This document shows positions 16,801 to 23,980 of a DNA stretch of 45,414 nucleotides, piece by piece (the stretch's first letter is position 1; each line of letters starts with the position of its first letter). The DNA comes from a virus (Duplodnaviria; Caudoviricetes), in the IMG/VR virus record IMGVR_UViG_3300030060_005342, positions 1-45,414 of that record. The stretch is one strand, 5' to 3'. Under the pieces are notes generated by a model that was given only the letters and a program-made list of their open reading frames with translations, was not told where the DNA came from and made no database searches. Position numbers and translations under genes: made by a program.

Positions 16801-18139
16801 ATTTTTGATGCAAAGCATCCATTTTATCTAAAATTTTTCTTACTACTACTAAATCACCAATGTCTGCTTCATTTTTAGCAGCATACTCAAGAGCAGCTTT
16901 TTGCAAGTCACCAGGAACAACCTCACCTTTTTCTCCCAGATTTTCTATAACTTTTTCTACAGCTTTTTGTTCTTTCTTAGACCCTTCACTGCTTCGTTTA
17001 ATCTCAGTTAATATAAAACTTTTAGTATCATCTGCTCTAGTTTTACCTGGAGTAACAAATTCTTTTAAGCTTTTTGAACTCATGGCTCTTGAATAACCTT
17101 TAAGAACACCGATGACTCCAAGGTTCGTTAAAAAGGTGTCTAAGTCTAGTTCAGCGTCTTTGTGAGCCATTGCACCAAATGCTGTAAATGCTGCAGCTTC
17201 AGCAGGTATCTGAGCAAGACTGCTACCACCTACTTTATCTATGGCATTTAAAGTGTTAGTCCATTTAGCACCTTCTTGTCCAGCTCTAATTCTTGCCCAC
17301 AATGAAGCACCCTTAAATGCTCCTCCAACAACTCCACCTGTAGCTGCACCTAAAGCCATACCTTCTAAACCACCACTAGCTGTAGCAGCAGCCACTTCCC
17401 AAAAATCTACATTTCCAGGTCCTTTTTCAGTTGACTGTTCTGCAGCGTTTTGTAAACCAGCAAATGCACCTGTGTAAAAACCAAGTGAACCACCCAATTG
17501 AGCTACGTTACCAACAGTCTGCTGTGCAACAGGCCACCACTGTTTATCTTTTAATGATTTAGTTAAACCTTTCTTTGAGGCTTGATAGAAACTTCCTTTT
17601 TTTGAAACATTGTCAATAACGTCTACAACAGCTTCACCTGTCTGTTTACTGTAATGACCAGCCCTACCCATTTTTGCAAATCCATATGCATCAAGTGGAG
17701 AAGCCATTGACATAAAGAAAGATGTTATGTGTGCTAATGTGCTAGGTTCATAATCACCTATATCGTAACGAGGTTTACCGTATTTAGCTTGATAATATTG
17801 ACCAGCCATACTATTGTTGTATGTGTTTTTCCAGTATTCAGCACTACCTAAACCCAAAGGGTCTCCGCTATCTGCAAACAAGCTAGACATACCAACTGTT
17901 AATAAGTCACTCCATTCATCAGGAGACAAATCTTCAGCGTAGCTATACTTGCCTTTATGGTCAACAGTCTCTCCAACGGTATATGCTTCTTTTGAAAGTG
18001 TGGGGTCAAACTTTTTTATTTGTTTGCCTTGCTTGGCAAATGTTTTAGTAACTGCATCCCATACTTCCTCATCACTCTTAGATGCATATGTAGGATAGAC
18101 TTTTATATAGTCATTAATTAATTTTTCTTGACGGTTCAT
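10880..18139 (-). CDS. Giant internal virion / polyvalent protein with tyrosine-recombinase-like and zincin-like domains
   Basis: 2419 aa; last gene of the virion operon; Gly/Ala-rich hydrophobic N-terminal part; integrase-like motifs at aa ~740-1100; HENAH...EEFLAD from aa 1193. Confidence 0.8.
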   Translation of the reverse strand: MNRQEKLINDYIKVYPTYASKSDEEVWDAVTKTFAKQGKQIKKFDPTLSKEAYTVGETVDHKGKYSYAEDLSPDEWSDLLTVGMSSLFADSGDPLGLGSAEYWKNTYNNSMAGQYYQAKYGKPRYDIGDYEPSTLAHITSFFMSMASPLDAYGFAKMGRAGHYSKQTGEAVVDVIDNVSKKGSFYQASKKGLTKSLKDKQWWPVAQQTVGNVAQLGGSLGFYTGAFAGLQNAAEQSTEKGPGNVDFWEVAAATASGGLEGMALGAATGGVVGGAFKGASLWARIRAGQEGAKWTNTLNAIDKVGGSSLAQIPAEAAAFTAFGAMAHKDAELDLDTFLTNLGVIGVLKGYSRAMSSKSLKEFVTPGKTRADDTKSFILTEIKRSSEGSKKEQKAVEKVIENLGEKGEVVPGDLQKAALEYAAKNEADIGDLVVVRKILDKMDALHQKSVEKWTPEETKWYIENVATGGVKLGWMGFAEKYLDPVTKKVIDKEAEKYFEFYEKENNVKLTDIDKKIWKTGLETKYKSLLEHDKLITETIYNESPSVPDPTSQSHKTKGPFGNKSPNKIADKPESIKEFDLTTENGRREAEFALLKSEPTEILEHLKQFESNKDLLIEDMAKKYNIDLSKAKDSAENVDGFGRASKDLVKKLSETPELPVAGPKLTKTESKASTPDKLKEKLEKAEKSDEYEAAEKPYKELYNKEAPENFTDAQKQAWLENRDYVLMTLETMGIEGKIKGSLFETSDYNRHVKGLMSIAESLAEKGISLNKATADQFMEAVIVNKKSTVPEDVNRLVRKLKAFNKILGAPEDVGSYFVKIPSWAKPGDNGSKARPKRPPQGTHTDMVTPETNQGSGETMYILLQQLPKTYHRGQPYKKVIISKDLKNLIESIGEKNKKKIGEDFTFIGPGGESLEFVFWMNQSNKNKPLTVEAYNKAIREVFAEAGIMKGTTPAAIRKTFTNFIDLYDGQSISIRGRDVRIDAKKIKDWVMGRKGVDVDAKFYDRKSQELFDAYEYVHKQFVDMMTGKKAIEGKFADKPTDNKYLSIQNVKDIYEKIVKSKNVTDGEYIPRTPTGKKSNIKIEAEQLQAAFRKHVEGAMRRNEVAVDNSYLAKIKHPSLTDPQIKSKNKGKLKSEVPENELTFENAEKYKEWLEGEQRKNPGLEIKTNVEAEYAGKFQDGIVTVTIGKAGIKTFYHENAHRYKDMIYSTGNKNLQSLWKSGEARFESDARRRGYFEQYSREEVARRLGISKSKLGEKAYKEYVMEEFLADRIADYAAGRETAKGMKKVGNWLQQIWSQAKRLFFGKDALNQKDIIRIMGKDVWKGFESNRVIEGPTRFSGLTGPELEADVKKLWNKVRKKEGLTDVAGQGQMGDLVGLGRDFRIKNAKPEDLIHFYEFLKKTDTGKEVARSDALKFMNRVGDINFKRRDKSVDITRDQQKDILKSLGVFEGKIYNSSEAQLSAYESIINNMYKAPKKTTLDYIDDKVLAEIAEKANQPFISRLYKGQPELVKWAIPTDKLLKMLGQDKLAKKFATRLAVEGSYNGAFKTFEEFAASKLPNWEKGIFVEKNSTRNMMYLLDHQVYIEHRNNNYLKASEKEFINKAFKPEWVTSEKPMKIKNSKREDFLNLDTAEGQVVNEYINFTKNYANEFKSLVREHLGEAGYEYFKESGMVKWVEDGIYITRQLTPEAKRYLRMNSPYLEKWIEGEIQKRSKLKAKKEGVEDWEQFRLDFEVEVKQDAQQILDFSPDKFTSRFVEKRNAKLPSRIEIGGKKIKVYETDWEPTAKRYAVGFSKLLANMNIFPELVNIKGLKQGRFSGTGMIDILSKIQNDKWRGTIEKIIKEEIGVNRQSDPSPWAGWVGNAASVLAKVGLSSPTSGFKNFVLGTGQTGAAFKTRHLMSELSTVMDANFRKEVVALGATDIGMREYQSFAAGRALDQVFKAGGMRPTENFNRYFAVAVGRVDFKGHVDNIRKYKSNSKVYKKSLDYLDKFYEMTPAEVELLRKYGSKNFNAQDAINASGEKFANNLRKSSEIRKLDNVYKKSQLMSHVNTQGASVSLFMPTWASGAYSKPLTLFRRMAYAATRNTARNAGLALKNGQYLKLAMQGLIPLLSGYSLLGIWDAIFDQDQLPDERSVGVKYISTLLHTGEFLGIGSELVGLLGENDDRVNITPSIVDAGLNLYKAIHATASGEKFAGEAAEDFLKRTVIVYNSYQKMNKRIADKSDFRKTERRMNKSWRQYMEDVYPDRSAAEFGKNINGKYYRAFNEAFTAGDIDRSAREYLIALHMLAGHYYKEGRTDDGEYFIRNWDDALKSASKEMKKRLKKQNPAFEASLNIKKGKQAKRRALRYWKHYEDINGAEATAQWKKESEAAELEYAKRARKVLDKINEYRKKLNVDYDDFEIDLIKKDFDSSKYYENLLNLK

Positions 18140-18142
18140 TTA

Positions 18143-20221
18143 TTATACTAAATCTATAGTTTTATCTGCCCAATCTAAATATATACTTCTTGGTATTAAA
18201 TTGTTGTTAAAATTTATTTTTACATTGTGACTGGTGTCTTTTAACGCAACACCTCTTGTCATTAACATAAACTTTCCAATTAAACTTTTTTGAGTTTCTT
18301 CATCAGTCTCATCTAAAATTTCTTTAACTAATTTATGTTCTGCACTGTCTTTATCATATTTGCCAGACCTAACTTTTTTCACAACTTCTTGCAATTGGTT
18401 AAACCTAACAATTCTTGGCTTTAAAATTCCATTTAGAACTTCTTGATTAACTTCCCTAGTGTATTGATTTGATTCCATGTTTTTTTCTAAAACATCTTCC
18501 ATTTTGTTTTCTATTCCGTACACATCGCCTCTAACTAATTTATAAAGTTCATTTAAAGTTAAGTCTTTTTTCATATATTCTGGTAAAGAAAAATGTAAAG
18601 AACGCATACTGTTAAATGTTTCTGCAAAATCATCTCTGTCTTTTTGATTTTTAAATGCTGGCTCATTTGAAGATTGTCCAGAAGTAGCCTCTAAACCAAT
18701 ATCATATTTTTCTTTCCAATAGTCGTCTTCTATCATTTGCATATATAAATCAAGTTCTGCTTCGTCACCTTCTTTTGCCTTAACTTTACCGTTTTGTGTT
18801 TTTGTTATGAATGAATTAATATCAACACCATAGTTACCATTATCGTAAAGCCTTGTGTTCATATATCCACCATCTTTCGTTCTTATTGAATAACTATCAA
18901 CTCCAGCACCTTTATTTTCTGGGTCTTGTTCTTTATCATATGGTGCAATATAATCGTCAGTAACAGCAAAATCTGGATTTTCGTTTATAGGAGTTGTTGT
19001 TCCAAGTCCCCCATCTTCAAGATTTTCTCCAGCGTCAAGGTTTCCAATCGCTTCAGATGACTCATCTTCTCCTGGCAATGAACCGCTCCAAAACGCTAAG
19101 TTTCTAGCATTTTTTGCTGCGTCCAAACCATATGAAGCTGCTTGCATGTCATAAGCTGCAAGTAACTGCTTTTTAGTTGAGACACCTTCTTCTTTTTTTA
19201 AATTAAGAAGGTCCGTATCCTCGTCATCTTTTTTGCCAAGAGCTGTTAATTTTTTTTGTAAAATACGCTGTTGGTTTTCTCTTGCATTTTGAACTAAATA
19301 ACCGTATTGTTTGATTTGCTCGCCTTTAAAACTAATGTATTCATTCCTATTAAGAGTTAAACCTTTTTCAAATTCCCCCCTACTTAATATAATGTCTGGC
19401 TCTTCACCTCGTCCAGTTACAGCACTAAGAACTCCATCAAGAGTGTTTTCCCATTTATTTCTTTCAACAATCAAATCATTGTATAGAGCTGCATAAGTTT
19501 TTCCACCCTCAGTTGCCTTCATTCCTATCTTACCTTGAGGAGCCTTAGCTCTACCATCTTTATCTATATAAAAACCCATAGACTCAAATGCATCAATCTG
19601 CTCATTAATAAATTGATTTCTTGAACGGAAATGTTCAACAACAGCCTCATAAGGCATATACTTTTCAAATAACTTATAGTCTTCATAGTTACTAAGAACA
19701 AACTTGCCAGTGCCAGGCATAAACTTACTTAGATTGTCTCTTATATTGCTTTCAAAATTATACTTCTCTATTTCAACTGTTTCACCATTCTCGTTTTCAG
19801 TTTGCCAATCTGTTGGATTTTTACTTTTATCTATTTCAATGGCTTTTTGTATTATCTTGTTAGCATAATCAAGGTCTGCTTCAGGTTCTTTTAAAAAACC
19901 ATTAGCAATATTTAAAGCGTTATCAAAAGCATTTATTCTTTGTTCCTGAAAATTAAAACTTTCTTCAAGGTTATCTGCTAACATACCCGTAATAGGACTT
20001 GACCCACTTAGATTATCTAGTTGCATTGCTAATTTAGCTGCATGTTTTTTATTGTTTTTTAATTCAGATTTAGAATCTGATTGATTTATAAGTTTTATCA
20101 TCATATCATAAGAACTTATAGTTTCTTGCACAGCTCTTTGTTGAGCTCTGTCATTCATTTCAGCTACTTCTAATAAAAAACTAAACGCTTCTCTGGGGTC
20201 TTTTCTAGCTATTATACTCAT
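18143..20221 (-). CDS. Putative internal virion (ejection) protein
   Basis: 692-aa helical protein between the tail genes and the giant protein; positional inference. Confidence 0.6.
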   Translation of the reverse strand: MSIIARKDPREAFSFLLEVAEMNDRAQQRAVQETISSYDMMIKLINQSDSKSELKNNKKHAAKLAMQLDNLSGSSPITGMLADNLEESFNFQEQRINAFDNALNIANGFLKEPEADLDYANKIIQKAIEIDKSKNPTDWQTENENGETVEIEKYNFESNIRDNLSKFMPGTGKFVLSNYEDYKLFEKYMPYEAVVEHFRSRNQFINEQIDAFESMGFYIDKDGRAKAPQGKIGMKATEGGKTYAALYNDLIVERNKWENTLDGVLSAVTGRGEEPDIILSRGEFEKGLTLNRNEYISFKGEQIKQYGYLVQNARENQQRILQKKLTALGKKDDEDTDLLNLKKEEGVSTKKQLLAAYDMQAASYGLDAAKNARNLAFWSGSLPGEDESSEAIGNLDAGENLEDGGLGTTTPINENPDFAVTDDYIAPYDKEQDPENKGAGVDSYSIRTKDGGYMNTRLYDNGNYGVDINSFITKTQNGKVKAKEGDEAELDLYMQMIEDDYWKEKYDIGLEATSGQSSNEPAFKNQKDRDDFAETFNSMRSLHFSLPEYMKKDLTLNELYKLVRGDVYGIENKMEDVLEKNMESNQYTREVNQEVLNGILKPRIVRFNQLQEVVKKVRSGKYDKDSAEHKLVKEILDETDEETQKSLIGKFMLMTRGVALKDTSHNVKINFNNNLIPRSIYLDWADKTIDLV

Positions 20222-21757
20222 TTATCCTCCAGCTTGAAATATATCATTCCATTCTCCCATAATTTCCATAACATCTTTTTCTGCTGCACCTTTTTTCTTT
20301 TCTACAGCACCCTCAACTTCAGATGCTTTTTTCTGATATTCTGTTTTAAATTGTCCCACAAGTAGTTCTGGATTTAATGCAGAACCAAGAGCTTTAGGAT
20401 TTAATTTATTTGAAACTTCTGATATAATGCCTTCTCTTGCAACTTCCCTGGCTCCGTCATAAGTACCATCTTTCATTTTTTCTAGTGTCTCAGGGTCTAA
20501 TCCTCTAATTCCACCTAAATCTAAGTCTTCATTGTCTTTTGCTTCTTTAAATTTTTGCAAAATCATGTCTTCGTCAGACCAGTCCATTGGCTCAGATTCA
20601 GTCCAACTTTGTGATACAGTTTGACCTGGAAGACCGTCTGCGTAATAAGATACCCATGTCAATCCATTATCTGGTGAGCTACCGTATCCAGACGCAGGAC
20701 TTTGAGCCCACTCTGTCATTGCAGCTATATCACTTATATCGCCACCTTGTGCCGCAAAATCATTTTGTATTTGTGTATAAAGAGGATTACTAACTTGTGA
20801 TTCGCCGCTTGTAGTTAAAACTGCCCAGTCTTCGCCTAAAAATGATTCTAAATAATTTTGCATTTCTGGATTTAATTCAGTCATGCCAACAAAATCATCT
20901 TGCATAATAGTTTCAATAGGTGCCCCTTCTCCAAATACTGCATTGCCTGCTTCGTCAAATGTCCAAGATTGCCCAGTTGAAGGGTCATAATATTGGCCAG
21001 TAGACTCATCATATTGTTGACCATGAACACCTTCTGGTAGCGGAGGTTCTTCTTGAACTTGAAGATATTGATTGCCTATAGTTGTGCCAAGTTCTTCTCC
21101 CCAATCCTCATCAAACCCAAACTCACCTTCAAGCATATCTACAATATCACTAGGCTCAGTGCCCGAAGAAAGCATGTCTCCCATTATTTCAGCCATCTCC
21201 ATACTAGTAAACCCTAGTGATTCAGCTTGTTCATAGAAATTAGTAAAGCCTCCAAAGTCATCCATTAATTCATTAAGTTCAACCATTTCATCTGTGCCAC
21301 TCATTCCTTGCCATGGGTCATAATCAGAACCAGGTAGGCCAGACATTTCTTGTGGAAAGTTTTGAAAGCCCCATTCATATATTTGTTCATCTGTTGCACC
21401 TGAATTAATTAAATCTTGAAGTTCACCCCAATCAGTAGATGAATTTCCTGCACCCAAGTCTTCAAACCAGTTAAACCATAAATCATATTGTTCAGAAGGT
21501 GGTATTTGTTCATCACTCATAGTATCATCGTCACCAATACCAGTTCCTGGAGTTCCTCCATAACCAGGCGTGTAAAATCCAGTTCCTGGACCTGCAGCTC
21601 CTCCACCACCACCTTGGTCAAATTCAGAACCTTCTATTCCTCCTCCGCCTTGTCCTCCAAATAATTGACCTTCTCCAGTACCTGTTCCAGGTATATCATA
21701 CGGATTCACATATCCACCTGTTTGATATTTTTTAAGTAATTTAGGGTTTATAGCCAT
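20222..21757 (-). CDS. Putative internal virion protein, extremely acidic and Gly-rich
   Basis: 511 aa; N-terminal YQTGGYV tag; long D/E/G-rich stretch; positional inference. Confidence 0.6.
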   Translation of the reverse strand: MAINPKLLKKYQTGGYVNPYDIPGTGTGEGQLFGGQGGGGIEGSEFDQGGGGGAAGPGTGFYTPGYGGTPGTGIGDDDTMSDEQIPPSEQYDLWFNWFEDLGAGNSSTDWGELQDLINSGATDEQIYEWGFQNFPQEMSGLPGSDYDPWQGMSGTDEMVELNELMDDFGGFTNFYEQAESLGFTSMEMAEIMGDMLSSGTEPSDIVDMLEGEFGFDEDWGEELGTTIGNQYLQVQEEPPLPEGVHGQQYDESTGQYYDPSTGQSWTFDEAGNAVFGEGAPIETIMQDDFVGMTELNPEMQNYLESFLGEDWAVLTTSGESQVSNPLYTQIQNDFAAQGGDISDIAAMTEWAQSPASGYGSSPDNGLTWVSYYADGLPGQTVSQSWTESEPMDWSDEDMILQKFKEAKDNEDLDLGGIRGLDPETLEKMKDGTYDGAREVAREGIISEVSNKLNPKALGSALNPELLVGQFKTEYQKKASEVEGAVEKKKGAAEKDVMEIMGEWNDIFQAGG

Positions 21758-22611
21758 TATATTTGAATGTTCCTAGCTAATTGAGTTTGAGTTGGCCCTG
21801 ATTTTACATATGGGTCAAAAGCCGAAAAATCTACTTCAGGGTCATCAGGTTGAGATAAATCTTGCAATATAGTATTTGTCACAACTTGACCAGGAACACT
21901 TGTCATAACACCTTCTAATCCTGGTATTCTTGTTATACTAGCTGCTAAGGTCGCAAGTTGAGGATTAACACCACCTACAGTTGCAGCTCCCATGTCTTTA
22001 GCAAAATCAAAAACTTCTCCTCCAAAAGTTGTTGTTCCTTCCTTAATTATTTCTTCTGTCCCTGAAGCAGGAGCAAATTGGTTAGATAATTCTGACATAG
22101 CTAAACTCCCAATTATATCATATATTGCCGCAGAGTTTTTATTTTCATACATTTGGTCTTCAATATCGGCAAAAGTATCTTCCATAAAACTTCCTTCAAA
22201 AAACTTTTCAGCATCTTCTGCTGCACTATGAGCTGCTTTTGATTTTTGATAAGTAGTTGCACCTTTGTATAATGCACCAACAACAGGGTTTGCAATAGTA
22301 ATAAGTGTTTCAATAGCTTTTTCCCACCATTTTTTCTTATTTTTCTTTTGAATCTCCTTAGCTTTTTTTTCAGCTTTATCTTGAACCCTTACTCTTGCTT
22401 CTGTTCTATCTGCTGAAGCTGACATTGTTTCCCATCCTTTGTCTACTATATCTCCAGCCTCACCTAAAGATGTGGGCATTATTTCACTTAACGCTCTAAC
22501 GCTGCCACCTGTGTTGAATTTTTGAGGCTTAATTAAATTGTTAATAGGTGCTTTCCTATTTCTAATTGCAGCATTTAATTTGTATGGATTTCTGTTTATA
22601 TTGTAATTCAT
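21757..22611 (-). CDS. Putative internal virion (pilot-like) protein
   Basis: 284 aa; FNTGGSV tag; amphipathic Ala/Gly-rich helices; first gene of the ejection block. Confidence 0.6.
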   Translation of the reverse strand: MNYNINRNPYKLNAAIRNRKAPINNLIKPQKFNTGGSVRALSEIMPTSLGEAGDIVDKGWETMSASADRTEARVRVQDKAEKKAKEIQKKNKKKWWEKAIETLITIANPVVGALYKGATTYQKSKAAHSAAEDAEKFFEGSFMEDTFADIEDQMYENKNSAAIYDIIGSLAMSELSNQFAPASGTEEIIKEGTTTFGGEVFDFAKDMGAATVGGVNPQLATLAASITRIPGLEGVMTSVPGQVVTNTILQDLSQPDDPEVDFSAFDPYVKSGPTQTQLARNIQI

Positions 22612-22672
22612 AATTTAACCTTGTTTTTTATACTCTTAAATTTAATATTCATAGCTTACTTATCCTAGCTCT

Positions 22673-23980
22673 TTATGATGTTATATCCCACTTAAATACA
22701 GCTGTAACATTTGTATCGTAAGATATAGATGGTGTTGCTAAGTAAATGGCGTATATTCTCCCTTTTGTCAAAGCAGCTGGAAAACTTCCAACACCTGGAG
22801 ATGTCATATCATATTCTAATGTAGTGTCATCATCTATATCTACTGTTAAATCTTTCCTAAAAATTCCACTACCAGGTACTTCTGTTCCATCAGATGACTC
22901 AAAAACTCTTAAGCTCATACCTCCATCTTGTCCAGCCTCACTTCTAAACATAAATTTTTCTAAAGTTCCATTGTAAGGTGCAACAAAAGCTATATGTTCA
23001 TTGTTACTTGCTGTGCTAGTCCTTTCTATTACATATCCATTCATAGGTAAATAATTAGCTGTTGCTCCTGCATAATAAGAAATATTCTTAACTTGATAAT
23101 GATACTTACCTATTCCTGTAATATCTGTACCCGCATCATCTGTAAAACATAGTTCATTAGGCGTGTCATTCTTTACCCATACTTGACCATAACCAGCTCT
23201 ATCAGTAGTTGCAGAAGCAGTTTCTTTTACAAAAGACCCACCACTACCTGCTTTAATTAAAACGTCTCCATCAGCGTCTAATATTAAATGTGCTGCTGCT
23301 GCTGCAGCATCTAACGTAGATATAGTTGTTGCTCCGTGCTCTTCGCATTTTATTTGAAGATAGTCATTAGAAGATTCTCCACCATTTTCGTATAGTCTTA
23401 ATTGTGAATAACTTCCATCCTCTGCTTGAAATGATGCAAATGTATTACTGCCAACATTGCATTGTATTGAGTCTGGAGTCCCGTCTAATGCAGTTAATTT
23501 AATTTTACCGTCAGGACTTAAGCTTAAATGACCTTCAGCTCCATCAGAATCATATGTTGTAAGTACAGTTACCCCATTTGCAGTAACGCCAATTCTCATA
23601 TAGTCATCAGTATCGCCAGCATAATAGAAAAAAAATCTTCCTGTTCCTGAGTCTAATTTTATACCACCTGCAGAATCTAAAGTAAAAGTACCGTCAGACT
23701 CTATTCTATTTGTTGAAACTTGATTTCTATTATTAAAAGTATCTTTAGATGTTAAAGCATTTTCAGATTGTTTTTCAACAATATCAAAACTTTTGCCAAC
23801 ATTAACTCCATGCCACATACTTTTATATTTAACAAATAATTTAACCTTATCTTTAATTTGCCTTACCTGCAAATCACCATCATTGCCTTCAGCCTTATTT
23901 GGAGGCCCCATGCCAACTTTAGTTCTTGGAGCTTTTTCAGCTAATAAAGTACGTTTATCTCTACTGCTTCCTTCAATCAT
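22673..23980 (-). CDS. Tail spike/fibre-like protein
   Basis: Beta-rich; internal duplication (DYxxI...GxTxxxTxD....HLxLxxDG twice); follows the tail tubular gene. Confidence 0.6.
   Translation of the reverse strand: MIEGSSRDKRTLLAEKAPRTKVGMGPPNKAEGNDGDLQVRQIKDKVKLFVKYKSMWHGVNVGKSFDIVEKQSENALTSKDTFNNRNQVSTNRIESDGTFTLDSAGGIKLDSGTGRFFFYYAGDTDDYMRIGVTANGVTVLTTYDSDGAEGHLSLSPDGKIKLTALDGTPDSIQCNVGSNTFASFQAEDGSYSQLRLYENGGESSNDYLQIKCEEHGATTISTLDAAAAAAHLILDADGDVLIKAGSGGSFVKETASATTDRAGYGQVWVKNDTPNELCFTDDAGTDITGIGKYHYQVKNISYYAGATANYLPMNGYVIERTSTASNNEHIAFVAPYNGTLEKFMFRSEAGQDGGMSLRVFESSDGTEVPGSGIFRKDLTVDIDDDTTLEYDMTSPGVGSFPAALTKGRIYAIYLATPSISYDTNVTAVFKWDITS

Noticed and set aside
10880-18139. Virion RNA polymerase (N4- or crAss-like) as the identity of the giant protein
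   Set aside because: I could not find DxDxD or T7-type polymerase motifs; the recognisable motifs are recombinase-like and zincin-like. The C-terminal ~1100 aa remain unassigned.
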